Assembly: GCA_049599895.1 (NCBI GenBank)
Contig: JBMYPC010000031.1
Span: forward strand, 1-26,305
Reading direction: 5' to 3'
Length of the DNA stretch: 26,305 bases
Source: Bacteriovoracaceae bacterium
GTDB taxonomy: Bacteria; Bdellovibrionota; Bacteriovoracia; Bacteriovoracales; Bacteriovoracaceae
Shown here: positions 15,656 through 25,188 of the stretch, piece by piece
Layout of the letters: each line of letters begins with the position of its first letter
How positions within the stretch are numbered: the first letter of the stretch is position 1
Position numbers and translations under genes: made by a program
The notes under the pieces: generated by a model
What the model was told of the DNA's origin: nothing
Database searches by the model: none
Seen by the model: the letters and a program-made list of their open reading frames with translations, nothing else

Positions 15656-16939
15656 ATGAGTCGGAATAAGAAAAACTTAAAGTCTTTTCTTCTTTTTGGA
15701 CTAGTTGCAATTTTCGTCGCTACGACAATTGATTCAGCAAGTGCACAACAAAGAAGAAGAGATCGGGGTGAAGGGGACGGCCAACGGCAAGACCGGCGGC
15801 AAGCAAGACAGAACAATAACAGCAGTAGCAGCAGTGACCGTCAGGCACAACGTCAAGCGAGACAAGCTCAGCGTGATGCCGATAGAGCGGCAAGACAAGC
15901 TCAGCGAGATAACTCGAACAGACAAGCGCAACGTGATGCTGACAGAGCAGCAAGGCAAGCGCAAAGACAAGCGGACAGACAAGCTCAAAGAGATGCCGAT
16001 AGAGCGCAAAGACAAGCAGATAGACAAGCGCAAAGAGATCGTCAAAACAGACAAGCTCAGAGAGATCGTCAAAGAAGACAAGCTCAAAGAGATGCAGATA
16101 GAGCGCAAAGACAAGCAGACAGACAAGCTCAGAGAGATCGTCAAAGAAGACAAGATCAAAGAGATGCTGATAGACAAGCAAGAAGAGATCAACGTCAAAG
16201 AGATGCTGACCGAGCAGCTAGAAGAGACCAGCAACGTCGTAGAGACAACTGGGGACGTCACAATGGTGGTGGTAACACTAACCATGGTGGGACTTGGAGA
16301 CGAGGTCATCGTGATAATGGCAGATACGCACGTCGCTATAGAAGATATGATCGTGCTAGAGACCGTGGTAACTGGAGGCATTACTCAAGACGTGATAATC
16401 ATTACAACAGATACAAGCACAGACCAATGTGGCACAAGAGAAATTATGTTTATAGACCTTATAGACACGTTTCTTACAGACATCATGTTCATAGACACGG
16501 AACACGATACAGAATGCCACGTTACTACCACAGAACAGTTCCTTTCAGATACATCTACTGGGGAAGCTGGATTCGTTGGAGAGTTAACTACAACAATGGT
16601 TTCTACTGGTATAACGGATATCCTTACTTTGTTAACAACGGATACCTTCATAGATATAGCGAGCTAGACGACTGTAAGTATCAACTTGTTGATGGGTACT
16701 CAAACCGAGTGGTTCAGAACTTCGAAAGCATGAGCTGTAAGCGCGCCTACGATCAGTGTGCTTGGAGAAGAGATGACCTTAACTCTTATAGCAGTAAGTA
16801 TCGTTACTTCTGTTCAGAGCCTCTAGACTTTGAAGATGATTACGACTACGACTGGGATTATGATGATCATTACTACTCAGATGTAGACTATGATAATGAT
16901 TACAATGATGATTATTATAGTGATGATGATTGGTATTAA
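15656..16939 (+). CDS. Secreted low-complexity protein: RQAQRDADRA repeats, Arg/His/Tyr-rich block, 4-Cys domain, Asp/Tyr tail
   Basis: SD GGAGG, signal peptide ending SASA, downstream terminator. Confidence 0.8.
   Translation: MSRNKKNLKSFLLFGLVAIFVATTIDSASAQQRRRDRGEGDGQRQDRRQARQNNNSSSSSDRQAQRQARQAQRDADRAARQAQRDNSNRQAQRDADRAARQAQRQADRQAQRDADRAQRQADRQAQRDRQNRQAQRDRQRRQAQRDADRAQRQADRQAQRDRQRRQDQRDADRQARRDQRQRDADRAARRDQQRRRDNWGRHNGGGNTNHGGTWRRGHRDNGRYARRYRRYDRARDRGNWRHYSRRDNHYNRYKHRPMWHKRNYVYRPYRHVSYRHHVHRHGTRYRMPRYYHRTVPFRYIYWGSWIRWRVNYNNGFYWYNGYPYFVNNGYLHRYSELDDCKYQLVDGYSNRVVQNFESMSCKRAYDQCAWRRDDLNSYSSKYRYFCSEPLDFEDDYDYDWDYDDHYYSDVDYDNDYNDDYYSDDDWY
15839..16250 (+). repeat. Intragenic degenerate tandem repeats (AGACAAGC core) encoding RQAQ/RDAD/RQAD units
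   Basis: Many AGACAAGC(A/T/G) copies with varied synonymous codons. Confidence 0.85.
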
Positions 16940-17001
16940 TTAATTGTTATCGATAGGCTTTTAAAGCATAGCTTTTAAGGCCAATTTCATCCAAGAAAAC
17001 G

Positions 17002-17028
17002 AGGGAAGCTTAGGCTTCCCTTTTTTTT
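17002..17028 (+). terminator. Intrinsic terminator
   Basis: AGGGAAGC-TTAG-GCTTCCCT followed by T tract. Confidence 0.85.
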
Positions 17029-17188
17029 GCAGTGATTTTAGATGTTGAGGTGCGCCATTTGATCCTTCGTCTCAAATAATGCTTAAAAAAGGGATAATCC
17101 TGGTTTATTAGGATTGATTCCAAGGCCTCAACTATTCTCAATACTCTTTGAAACTGGTAAGCTCATACCCGCATCAAAAGGAGAAAGT

Positions 17189-18253
17189 TTGGCCGATTGC
17201 TGTCCATCTAAAATTCAAAACGAGAATGAAAATCATTGTTCTCCAAAAAATAAAACCGACTGGTTTTTTTATCTCGGAATATTTCTCTCTCTCAGTTTTT
17301 GCTTATTTTATTTTCTGCCTCACTCTTACGAACTTGGGCCATTAAGACTTCATGAAATGGGTCATGTTGCAACAAGTACATTATCAAAAATGTGGTGGGG
17401 GGTTCTTGTTGGAATCTTTTTTGTGGGTCTTCTCGATCAAATTCCAACGGAGAATATCCAAAAGACCCTTGGCTCAAAGAAAGGAGTTCTTGGTATATTT
17501 AAGGCGACTCTTGCCGGGATATTATTTGATCTTTGTAATCATGGAATCTTAATGGTTGGGATGAAGCTCTATGATAAAGGGGCGACTCTAGGTCAGACCA
17601 TGGCCTTTCTTATTGCAAGTCCTTGGAATTCATTCTCTTTAACATTCGTATTAGTTGGTTTGGTTGGCCTACCATTGACCATACTCTTTGTGGTTTTTTC
17701 AGCATTAGTTGCAATTATTACGGGGATAATCTTTGATAAGCTTGTTTTTAAAGGCACGCTTCCTCAGAAAGAAGAAGTATTAATCGAAGAAAATTCAGAG
17801 CAAGAATCTTTACTAACGGTTTTAAAAAACATTCTTTTTGTGAAGCGGCCATATAAAGAGATGATTATATCCGGTGTTCTCGGTTCAAAAATTATTGTGA
17901 AATGGCTTTTATGGGGAGTTGTTATTGCTTCACTGCTATCTGGTTTTTTAGATGAAGAGTCTTTTAAACAATATTTTGGAACTTCACTTGTTGGGATGGG
18001 CCTTACAATTCTTTTTGCGACAGTCGTCGAAGTCTGTTCTGAGGGTGCCGCTCCAATTGCTGCTCAAATCGTTAATAAGGCTGGGGCCCCTGGTAATGGC
18101 TTTACTTTTCTTATGGCCGGAGTCTCGACTGATTACACCGAAATTATGATGATTCGAGAGAAAATGAACTCTTGGAAAATAGCTCTTTTTCTCCCGTTGA
18201 TAACGCTTCCCCAAATAATTGTCTTGGGGATTTTTATCAATAAAATGTTCTAA
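17189..18253 (+). CDS. Permease, ArsP/DUF318 (UPF0718) family
   Basis: Likely TTG start at 17189 after AAGGAG (MADCC...); two repeats DLCNHG...AFLIASP and EVCSEG...TFLMAG; multiple TM helices. Confidence 0.82.
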   Translation: MADCCPSKIQNENENHCSPKNKTDWFFYLGIFLSLSFCLFYFLPHSYELGPLRLHEMGHVATSTLSKMWWGVLVGIFFVGLLDQIPTENIQKTLGSKKGVLGIFKATLAGILFDLCNHGILMVGMKLYDKGATLGQTMAFLIASPWNSFSLTFVLVGLVGLPLTILFVVFSALVAIITGIIFDKLVFKGTLPQKEEVLIEENSEQESLLTVLKNILFVKRPYKEMIISGVLGSKIIVKWLLWGVVIASLLSGFLDEESFKQYFGTSLVGMGLTILFATVVEVCSEGAAPIAAQIVNKAGAPGNGFTFLMAGVSTDYTEIMMIREKMNSWKIALFLPLITLPQIIVLGIFINKMF

Positions 18254-18314
18254 GTTTTACAAGTCCTATTGGTTTGGGTAACACCTATAAACGATTTAAG
18301 TCTAGAAGGAGTGT

Positions 18315-20126
18315 ATGATGCAACTTGATAATATTAAGTGGGACAATTCTCATATTTATAAAGATTTGCAAGATGGTAAAATCGCAGATGATCTTGCTAG
18401 ACTTGAGTCTGATATTCAAAATCTCGAAAAACTAACAACACCTTTCTCTGAGTTTGTGATAGCGCAAAAATTTGATCTGTCTAAAGAACAACTCCACGCT
18501 GCCGCTAAAGCTGTAAAAGTTGGGATGGACATAAGTGTTGATATTTGGACTTTAACCTCTTATGCCAATTTTGAGCTTGCCACAAATGCAAAGAATGAAA
18601 AGGCCAAAGAGCTTAGTTCAAAATCACAGATGCTCTCTTCAAAGTTAAAGCAAGCAAGTCAGTCAATTGAAATTGTCGTCAATCAAATTCCACAAGAGCT
18701 ATTTCAAAAATTTATAAGCTTTGATGAAGCCAAAGATATGATGTTTCTTTATGAACACTCTCGAAAAATGGCAAAATATACAAGAAGTTTAGAAGAGGAA
18801 AAACTTATAACAAAGCTCTCCACTGATGGTCTTCACGCCTGGGGAAATCTCTACCGTACACTTTCAGGCGCATTGAAAGTTCAAGTCGAGGACAATGAAA
18901 TAGGCCTTGCCGAAGCCAGTTCACTTCTTAAAGGGAGTGATCGAAAGAAGAGAGAACAAGCTTTTAATGGAATTGAACAGGCATGGGAAACTCAGCAAGA
19001 GTCTGTTGCTGCAATTCTTAATAGTATAAATGGTTGGAGAAATGAAGTCACAAGTTTGCGCTCTGAGAACGGGCCACTTCATTATCTTGATAATGCCTGC
19101 CACCAAAGTCGGATTGAAAAAGAGACTTTGAATTCATTGATGGAGTCCACATACAAAAGAAAGTCTATTGGCCAGAAGGCCATCAAGCTTATGGCAAAAA
19201 CTTTAAATGTTGAAAAATGCTCTCCATGGGATCTATTGGCCCCTTTTCCGAGTAAAGTTGAGCAAGAAAAGGTTCCTTTCCCAAAAGCGATTGAGATTAT
19301 CAGCACTGCTTTTTCGACTCATGATCCAAAGATGGGAGAATTTGCCAAGATGATGGCCGAAAAGCGTTGGATTGATTCAGAAAAGTCCGAAAATAGAGCT
19401 TCTGGAGCATTTTGTGGAGGTTTTCGAAGAGTTAATGAACCAAGAGTTTTTATGACCTATGATGGAAGTATGGGGGATATTATTACTTTGGCCCATGAGC
19501 TAGGCCATGCCTACCATAACTGGGTAATGAGAGATCTCCCAATTGGTCAGACAATGTATAGTATGACCCTTGCTGAGACGGCCAGTATTTTTGCTGAGAA
19601 TTTAGTGAGGCATCACCTTCTTGAAATTGCGGAAAATGACGAACAAAAGAAAATGATCCTTTGGGAAGAGCTGATTGAAGCGTCATCTTTGCTGATTAAT
19701 ATTCCTTCACGATATGAGTTTGAAAAGTCATTTGTAGAGGGAAGAAAGAAAGGCTTTGTGTCGTCGAAGCAATGTAAAGAATTGATGAATCAGGCTTGGG
19801 GCAAATGGTATGAGGACTCACTAACAGAGTACGCACCTATGTTTTGGGCAAGTAAACTGCACTTTTCAATTACATATGTCTCTTTTTATAATTACCCCTA
19901 TCTCTTTGGTTATCTCTTTAGCCTCGGGATCCTTGCTCAGAAAGATTCTCTGGGAGAAAATTTTCCAAATGTCTATGAGAATATCTTAAGAGATACTGGA
20001 CAAATGACAGCGGAAGATTTAATTCAAAAGCACTTCGGTGAAGATATAAAGGCTGAAGCGTTTTGGCTAAAAAGCCTCGATATTGTTGAAAATGCTGTCA
20101 ATAAATATGAAGCACTCATGAATTAA
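18315..20126 (+). CDS. pepF: M3B oligoendopeptidase F
   Basis: GAFC, TLAHELGHAYH (HEXXH), LAETASIFAE, FYNYPYLFG. Confidence 0.93.
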   Translation: MMQLDNIKWDNSHIYKDLQDGKIADDLARLESDIQNLEKLTTPFSEFVIAQKFDLSKEQLHAAAKAVKVGMDISVDIWTLTSYANFELATNAKNEKAKELSSKSQMLSSKLKQASQSIEIVVNQIPQELFQKFISFDEAKDMMFLYEHSRKMAKYTRSLEEEKLITKLSTDGLHAWGNLYRTLSGALKVQVEDNEIGLAEASSLLKGSDRKKREQAFNGIEQAWETQQESVAAILNSINGWRNEVTSLRSENGPLHYLDNACHQSRIEKETLNSLMESTYKRKSIGQKAIKLMAKTLNVEKCSPWDLLAPFPSKVEQEKVPFPKAIEIISTAFSTHDPKMGEFAKMMAEKRWIDSEKSENRASGAFCGGFRRVNEPRVFMTYDGSMGDIITLAHELGHAYHNWVMRDLPIGQTMYSMTLAETASIFAENLVRHHLLEIAENDEQKKMILWEELIEASSLLINIPSRYEFEKSFVEGRKKGFVSSKQCKELMNQAWGKWYEDSLTEYAPMFWASKLHFSITYVSFYNYPYLFGYLFSLGILAQKDSLGENFPNVYENILRDTGQMTAEDLIQKHFGEDIKAEAFWLKSLDIVENAVNKYEALMN

Positions 20127-20128
20127 TA

Positions 20129-20614
20129 TTGGAGATCATCTTGAAGATTCTAAGGCTACTCACTTTTTTAATTTCTTTCTTATTTTTGAGTACAAATCTT
20201 TATGCCGTCAATGTTTGGAATAAAGTTTATGAATGTGATCATTATGATCATGGCGGTCATCATCAACTGGTGATTGATCAATCAAGACCTTATTTCTATA
20301 GAGGGAAGAGGGCCTACAATTGGCAAGTCGTTCTAAAATCAAAGAAGTTTAATGAACGATTAAAAAACTTAAACGTTCTTGGTCGTCATTATTTGAATGA
20401 GAAGTTTCCAAATGAGTTAGTTGTAAGCGCTTCTCGAATTGAATTGGATAATCCCAATGACGTTCAGTTTCATGGACAAACAAATATTGGAAAGAGTCAG
20501 TTTAAAGTACTTCCATTAGGCTCGACAATTCAGGTTCAAGTCTTTAGAAAAGCTAACAACGGTTATTTTGATTTTGTGACTGACTGGGTTTTCTGGAATT
20601 GTTGGAAGTATTAA
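20129..20614 (+). CDS. Secreted hypothetical protein
   Basis: Hydrophobic signal ending NLYA; beta-rich; no family recognised. Confidence 0.6.
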   Translation: MEIILKILRLLTFLISFLFLSTNLYAVNVWNKVYECDHYDHGGHHQLVIDQSRPYFYRGKRAYNWQVVLKSKKFNERLKNLNVLGRHYLNEKFPNELVVSASRIELDNPNDVQFHGQTNIGKSQFKVLPLGSTIQVQVFRKANNGYFDFVTDWVFWNCWKY

Positions 20615-21117
20615 TCTTCTTTTTTGAGTTTGAAATGAAAGACAAGTTCATCTTCAAAATTTCTTTGGATTTTTTGTTTCGTTTTTAAGTAAGAAAAATC
20701 ATGATCCTTCACTGCTTCCATTGCCGAATGATCAAGCCTCTTATGGCCGGAACTCTTTTTAATTTGAGCCATTTTCAATTTACCATGAATAGAGACTTTG
20801 ATTTGTATTCGAACTGTTCCTTCTTCTTCAAGCATCTGTGATAATTTTGGATAAGTCGGTGTTATGGGAACGAGAGTTCCCATTGCTTTTGTTTTGACCT
20901 TTGAAAGCTCTTGTTTTTGATTTGACTCATCCTTATTAATCTTTTTAGAGGCCTGTTTGGAAGGCTTTGGCTGTGGCCTCTTCTTAAAAGAGTGAATAGT
21001 AAAAGAGGGAGAAGGGGAGAGAGAAGATGGGGCCTTAGAGGTCAAGACGAACTCTAAGGCCTGAAGAAAAAGACCATGTAAGCAAAGACTGAAAAAAATA
21101 AACAGTATAGACTTCAT
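20611..21117 (-). CDS. tonB: Energy transducer TonB
   Basis: N-terminal TM helix with S-x3-H (SLCLH), Pro/Lys linker, PTYPKLS, EEGTV, SSGHKRLDHSAMEAV. Confidence 0.88.
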   Translation of the reverse strand: MKSILFIFFSLCLHGLFLQALEFVLTSKAPSSLSPSPSFTIHSFKKRPQPKPSKQASKKINKDESNQKQELSKVKTKAMGTLVPITPTYPKLSQMLEEEGTVRIQIKVSIHGKLKMAQIKKSSGHKRLDHSAMEAVKDHDFSYLKTKQKIQRNFEDELVFHFKLKKED

Positions 21118-21118
21118 A

Positions 21119-22870
21119 TTAAATAGAGGCCCTCATCTTTAAATAAGCTGTTCGACCGTAAGTGCCAAATCCTCTCACTTGTTCATACTTTTTATTAAGA
21201 AAATTCTCAAGGGTCGCTCCAAAAGAAAAACTCTTAGAATACTGATATTGATAATCCAAAGAAAATAATGAGTAAGAAGGAAGCCGACCACTATCATTCC
21301 TTTCACCAATATATTGATGGCGAAGAGATTGATAATATCGATCATCCTGATAAATCAATTCGTTTGAAAGACTTATTTGTGGTCGTCTTTCTAGATATTG
21401 CCCACATGTCTTTTTGATTGCTCTTAAAGAGGTAAAAGAGTTTTTGAAAATGAAGTTTTGAGAAAGAGCTAAAATATTTTCAATCTCGGCACCTTTTATT
21501 TGGGTTGGCTCAGCACTGTTATAATAAGAAGAACCAAAAAGAATCATGTTGTCATAGTTTTGCATGAAAAAGTGAAGCTTGGTTTTTTTCATGATGTTAA
21601 AACCAATTTCATAGGATTGAGTTGTTGTCGGCTTGAGATCTGTGTCTCCATAAGTTTTATCGTAGAGTTGATAAAGACTTGGTGTAAAATTGTTTTCAGA
21701 ATAACTTAAATAGAGCTCTGTTTTTATTGGTTCAAGTAAATATCGTATTCTTGAATGAAAGAGAAGATCATTATCAATACTATCAACAAATTTTTCTTTA
21801 GCGCCTATTTCAAGATGAGCGTTTTGGATTTTTATGATGGAGTTGAGATAAAGATCTGCCGAATCAAGGGACGACGAGAGCCCCTGAGAATTACTAATAG
21901 GTTTTTCTTTTGAAAAAGATCCACCTGCAAAAAGAAAAATATTTTCGGTTTGAATAGAAAAACTTTTTATTTGTGCTTGATAACTTTCTCCATGAAAGCG
22001 GCTGCCATTTGAATCACGAAAACTTTCTTTGTGATTAAGAAAGAGTTTAATCTTATGCCGATTATCTTGAGTTTTCTTTTTGAGTTGAACAGAAAGAAGT
22101 TCATAGCGAGAGGTACTTCTTGGACTTTTATTGTCTATTGGTCCAAACGAGTCAATACCACCTGCTGTATTGTTCTTAAGGTAGAAGCTTTTAACGGAGA
22201 GCTTTTTCTCTTCACCCAGTTCTCCTTCAAGATAAATTGAGCTTCTTGAGAAGTCATCTGATTCTGCAAAGGGAGTTTTCTCATCGTTTGCTGCTGAGAT
22301 GCCATCAGTTGAGAGGCTGCTGGCCTTGAATATATAGCTATGAGTTTCTGCTTTTTTCCCATGACTAAGATCCAAGCTCTTTGTATTATTCTCTCCAACT
22401 CCAATATCTGCATAAGTTTTATTTTGAACTTGGGTTTCAAGAGCGATGGCCCCTCCAAGAGATCGGCCAGAGTGGAGGATGGGTTGAGGGCCCTTAAGAA
22501 CTTTTGTTCTATCTGCAAGCCCTGAAGGGAAGTTTTCAAGCTGTACTGATCGGTTAAGATTAAGAGGGTCTTCTATTTCAACATCATTAAGATAAAGACT
22601 TTGAAAACTGGAGTCTGCTCCTCTTAAAAAGAAACTCGTCTGTTTTCCCACACCTCCAGATTGAAAAACACTAAAATTATTAATATTAGAAAGATGGGAA
22701 GAAAGCTCGAGATTTGATGCTCTTTTATAAGTACTCTCTAATGTAGTCGATTCAGATAGAGTTGCAGATTTTTCAATATCTTTAGAAGTTGCCTCAACCC
22801 AAAACTCTTGGGTGGCATAAAGACTAGTGCTGTAAAAATAGAGAAAGATTAACCATCGAAATGATTTCAT
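21119..22870 (-). CDS. btuB: TonB-dependent receptor, BtuB-like cobalamin transporter
   Basis: ATG 22870 after GGAGG; plug motifs QSGGVGKQTSFFLRGA, VLKGPQ, GGAI; C-terminal ENFLNKKYE...GRTAYL; upstream cobalamin riboswitch. Confidence 0.85.
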   Translation of the reverse strand: MKSFRWLIFLYFYSTSLYATQEFWVEATSKDIEKSATLSESTTLESTYKRASNLELSSHLSNINNFSVFQSGGVGKQTSFFLRGADSSFQSLYLNDVEIEDPLNLNRSVQLENFPSGLADRTKVLKGPQPILHSGRSLGGAIALETQVQNKTYADIGVGENNTKSLDLSHGKKAETHSYIFKASSLSTDGISAANDEKTPFAESDDFSRSSIYLEGELGEEKKLSVKSFYLKNNTAGGIDSFGPIDNKSPRSTSRYELLSVQLKKKTQDNRHKIKLFLNHKESFRDSNGSRFHGESYQAQIKSFSIQTENIFLFAGGSFSKEKPISNSQGLSSSLDSADLYLNSIIKIQNAHLEIGAKEKFVDSIDNDLLFHSRIRYLLEPIKTELYLSYSENNFTPSLYQLYDKTYGDTDLKPTTTQSYEIGFNIMKKTKLHFFMQNYDNMILFGSSYYNSAEPTQIKGAEIENILALSQNFIFKNSFTSLRAIKKTCGQYLERRPQISLSNELIYQDDRYYQSLRHQYIGERNDSGRLPSYSLFSLDYQYQYSKSFSFGATLENFLNKKYEQVRGFGTYGRTAYLKMRASI

Positions 22871-22873
22871 AGG

Positions 22874-22984
22874 AGCCTCCTCGGGCAATGACTTTTTTTA
22901 GAAGGATCTGACTTAGAAACAGTTTATTGCTTCCTTACAGTTGCGGGACAGCGTTGGATTCACACCAACTTCACTTCTAAAAAG
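22874..22984 (-). promoter_or_regulatory. Cobalamin riboswitch (compact, class-II-like)
   Basis: Minus strand reads AGTGAA-GTTGG-TGTGAAT-CCAAC-GCTGTCCCGCAACTGTAA...AAGTCAGA; closing stem TTTTTAGAAG/CTTCTAAAAA; GCC-CGAGGA-GGC hairpin carries the SD. Confidence 0.9.
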
Positions 22985-22992
22985 AGGGTTAT

Positions 22993-23418
22993 TTACTCGT
23001 ACTCACCACGAGTAATTTCAACTAATGCATTGAGTGCATCTGTTGTTGTAAAGATACCTTCAATATGGTTTTCAGAATTCACGACAAGAGCGGAACCAAT
23101 TTTTCGCTGAGACATTTCATAAGCAACATCTGTGAGCATTGTTCCTGTTTGGACAGTATAAGGATCAGGTGTCATAAAATCCTGGGCCTCAAGATCGACA
23201 TTGGGGATGTCGAGTTTTGAGATGAACTTCAGGTCTCTACTGCTGATAATCCCAATAGGTTTTCCATCGAGAACTACAGGCATATGTCGGTAGTTTTCTT
23301 CTTTAAACATGGCAATAATTTTAGAGATTGGAGTTGTGGGTTCAACAGGCTCATCACAAGGTGATGTATATTCGTCGACACTAATATCAATAGGTTTATT
23401 TCCAGCTCTGATGCTCAT
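22993..23418 (-). CDS. CBS domain pair protein
   Basis: YRHMPVV...GIISSRDL and FMTPDPYTV...IGSALVV...GIFTTTDAL. Confidence 0.9.
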   Translation of the reverse strand: MSIRAGNKPIDISVDEYTSPCDEPVEPTTPISKIIAMFKEENYRHMPVVLDGKPIGIISSRDLKFISKLDIPNVDLEAQDFMTPDPYTVQTGTMLTDVAYEMSQRKIGSALVVNSENHIEGIFTTTDALNALVEITRGEYE

Positions 23419-23521
23419 AATGACTCCCAGAAGTCGATAGGGTTCTAAAAAGTGATTGATAAAATCCTAAACCTTTTCTTTTGGAGTGTCTCTTTTTATT
23501 TACAGGGAATAGGGTTGAAGA

Positions 23522-24958
23522 TCAGATTTTTAACGCTTCTTTCAGAGCGTCATAAGGCTGTTTGTAGTTTCCAAGCTTGTATTCCTCAGGGAGGTCGAGA
23601 AAAATTTCTCCAGGATTGAGGTCTTCAACAGAATCGCAGCTAAGAACAAGTCGAGTGGTGAAATCATAGACGAGAATGAACATACAAGAAAGTAGAGGAG
23701 TTGTTTTATAGTTCAGTCCCTGAGGGATTCCTGTACCGTCAGGTTTTTCATGGTGTTGGAGGATGAGGCTAATTTCATCAGTAAGAAAACTATCAGTCTT
23801 TTCTAGAAAAGCCGCTGAAAGCTTAGCGTGGTTTTTAATTTTTCTTTTTTCAAAAGATGTAATCTCAGTGGCTTTCTTCTCTTTGAGACTTAAGATAAAA
23901 GCAAGTTGAACTTCATCCATTTCAAAACCAAAGTCACAGAAGACTGAAGCGTAGACCAGCTTTTTGAAGGTTTTATGAGTACACCAAGACAGTTGTTCTT
24001 TCATGGCCCCTAGTAGGTAGTTCATAATGCTTGTTCGTGTAAAGAATTTACTCTTTAGTTGAAGGAGATTTTTGATGAGTTTCTTTAAGTTTTTTGAATC
24101 TTTTAAAACGGCTTCAATTGATCCTACAACTTCATCGGTGGATTTGATAACCTTCTCCGAAATTCCCATATTTCGAACCACGTCTTGGACTTCTTTAATC
24201 GTTTCAAGTTGAAGCCCAATATGCTCTGCCTTAGAGAGGTTTGCTTTTTTAAAGCCTTTGACGAGTTTATCCATTTTGGCATTAATGTCCGCATCGTAAT
24301 CGGCTTTAGATTGAAAGAGAAACTTTTCACCCTTTGAGTAATATTCCATGATCTTTACTCGATCAATGGCTTCGCCTGCTTTGATTAGTTTGAGAAATTT
24401 TCCTGCACCAATTTTTATATAGATATCTGATGCTGCTTTTGATTTTGCAAGATAGCGCCTGATCTTAATTCTAAAAAGCTCTTGACCATCTTTCGTTTTA
24501 AACTCTTCTTTGTCATCAGCGAGATCAAAGCGTTTTTCAACTTTGTCGCAGATCTTTACAATATGTTTATGAGCAGTCTGTGAGGGGAGTAAAAAGTTAT
24601 ATTCTGAGTGAGAGAAAAAGTTCTTATATTTATCAAGCTCTAGTTCGTCGATATCAGCTGCATCGACAACGTGAACATAGGGAACAGATGCCATTGTTCG
24701 ATTGGAAAGATAAATTGAGCCTTCCTCAATACAACTGGTAGGAGTTGTATTAATGATACAAACAAGTGGCTTTGTGTGGTTTTCAATAAACCTTTTGGCT
24801 TCAATAGGATCAGATGTTTCAATAACATTATATTGATATTCGCCTTCTAATAACAAAGCGAGAAAGTCGATAAAATCTTTGTCCTCTCCGATAACGAGGA
24901 CGTTTTTTTCTAGCCGCATAGTCGATAGAAATCCTTGGTCTTGGTCTCTTGCTGTCAA
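23522..24958 (-). CDS. Degenerate REC-like plus HD-GYP-like signalling protein
   Basis: N-terminal VLVIGEDKDF (REC-like); C-terminal ASVFCDFG, KNHA, QHHEKPDGTGIPQGL. Start may be ATG 24919. Confidence 0.78.
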   Translation of the reverse strand: MTARDQDQGFLSTMRLEKNVLVIGEDKDFIDFLALLLEGEYQYNVIETSDPIEAKRFIENHTKPLVCIINTTPTSCIEEGSIYLSNRTMASVPYVHVVDAADIDELELDKYKNFFSHSEYNFLLPSQTAHKHIVKICDKVEKRFDLADDKEEFKTKDGQELFRIKIRRYLAKSKAASDIYIKIGAGKFLKLIKAGEAIDRVKIMEYYSKGEKFLFQSKADYDADINAKMDKLVKGFKKANLSKAEHIGLQLETIKEVQDVVRNMGISEKVIKSTDEVVGSIEAVLKDSKNLKKLIKNLLQLKSKFFTRTSIMNYLLGAMKEQLSWCTHKTFKKLVYASVFCDFGFEMDEVQLAFILSLKEKKATEITSFEKRKIKNHAKLSAAFLEKTDSFLTDEISLILQHHEKPDGTGIPQGLNYKTTPLLSCMFILVYDFTTRLVLSCDSVEDLNPGEIFLDLPEEYKLGNYKQPYDALKEALKI

Positions 24959-25188
24959 ACTTGGCGCTTAATCATATTATAAATCTAACCTAAGTTGAGA
25001 TGTAAAAGAAGAAGGAAGTTTTCGAATATACTGAAAACGGTTGAGTTTTCAGGCGTCGCAGACTGCCAGGAAGCGTCAGCGCTCGGTGTTCCAAGGTTCC
25101 TTTACTTGAAATCTAAACCAGTACCACTATATATTAAAAAGAGCTATGATTTCCACAACCAATTGATCAACTCAACAAGGAAATAGAC

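Noticed and set aside
15839..16250. Repeats as a possible CRISPR array
   Set aside because: Short, degenerate, in-frame coding repeats with no unique spacers and no cas genes.
15705..16667. 320 aa alternative-frame ORF and antisense ORFs over the repeat gene
   Set aside because: Explained by the low-complexity codon pattern; the SD, signal peptide and synonymous variation all belong to the 15656 frame.
25030..25110. GC-richer intergenic patch as an ncRNA such as SRP RNA, or the 63 aa ORF
   Set aside because: Lacks the SRP core motif and a convincing long stem; lies in a divergent promoter region.
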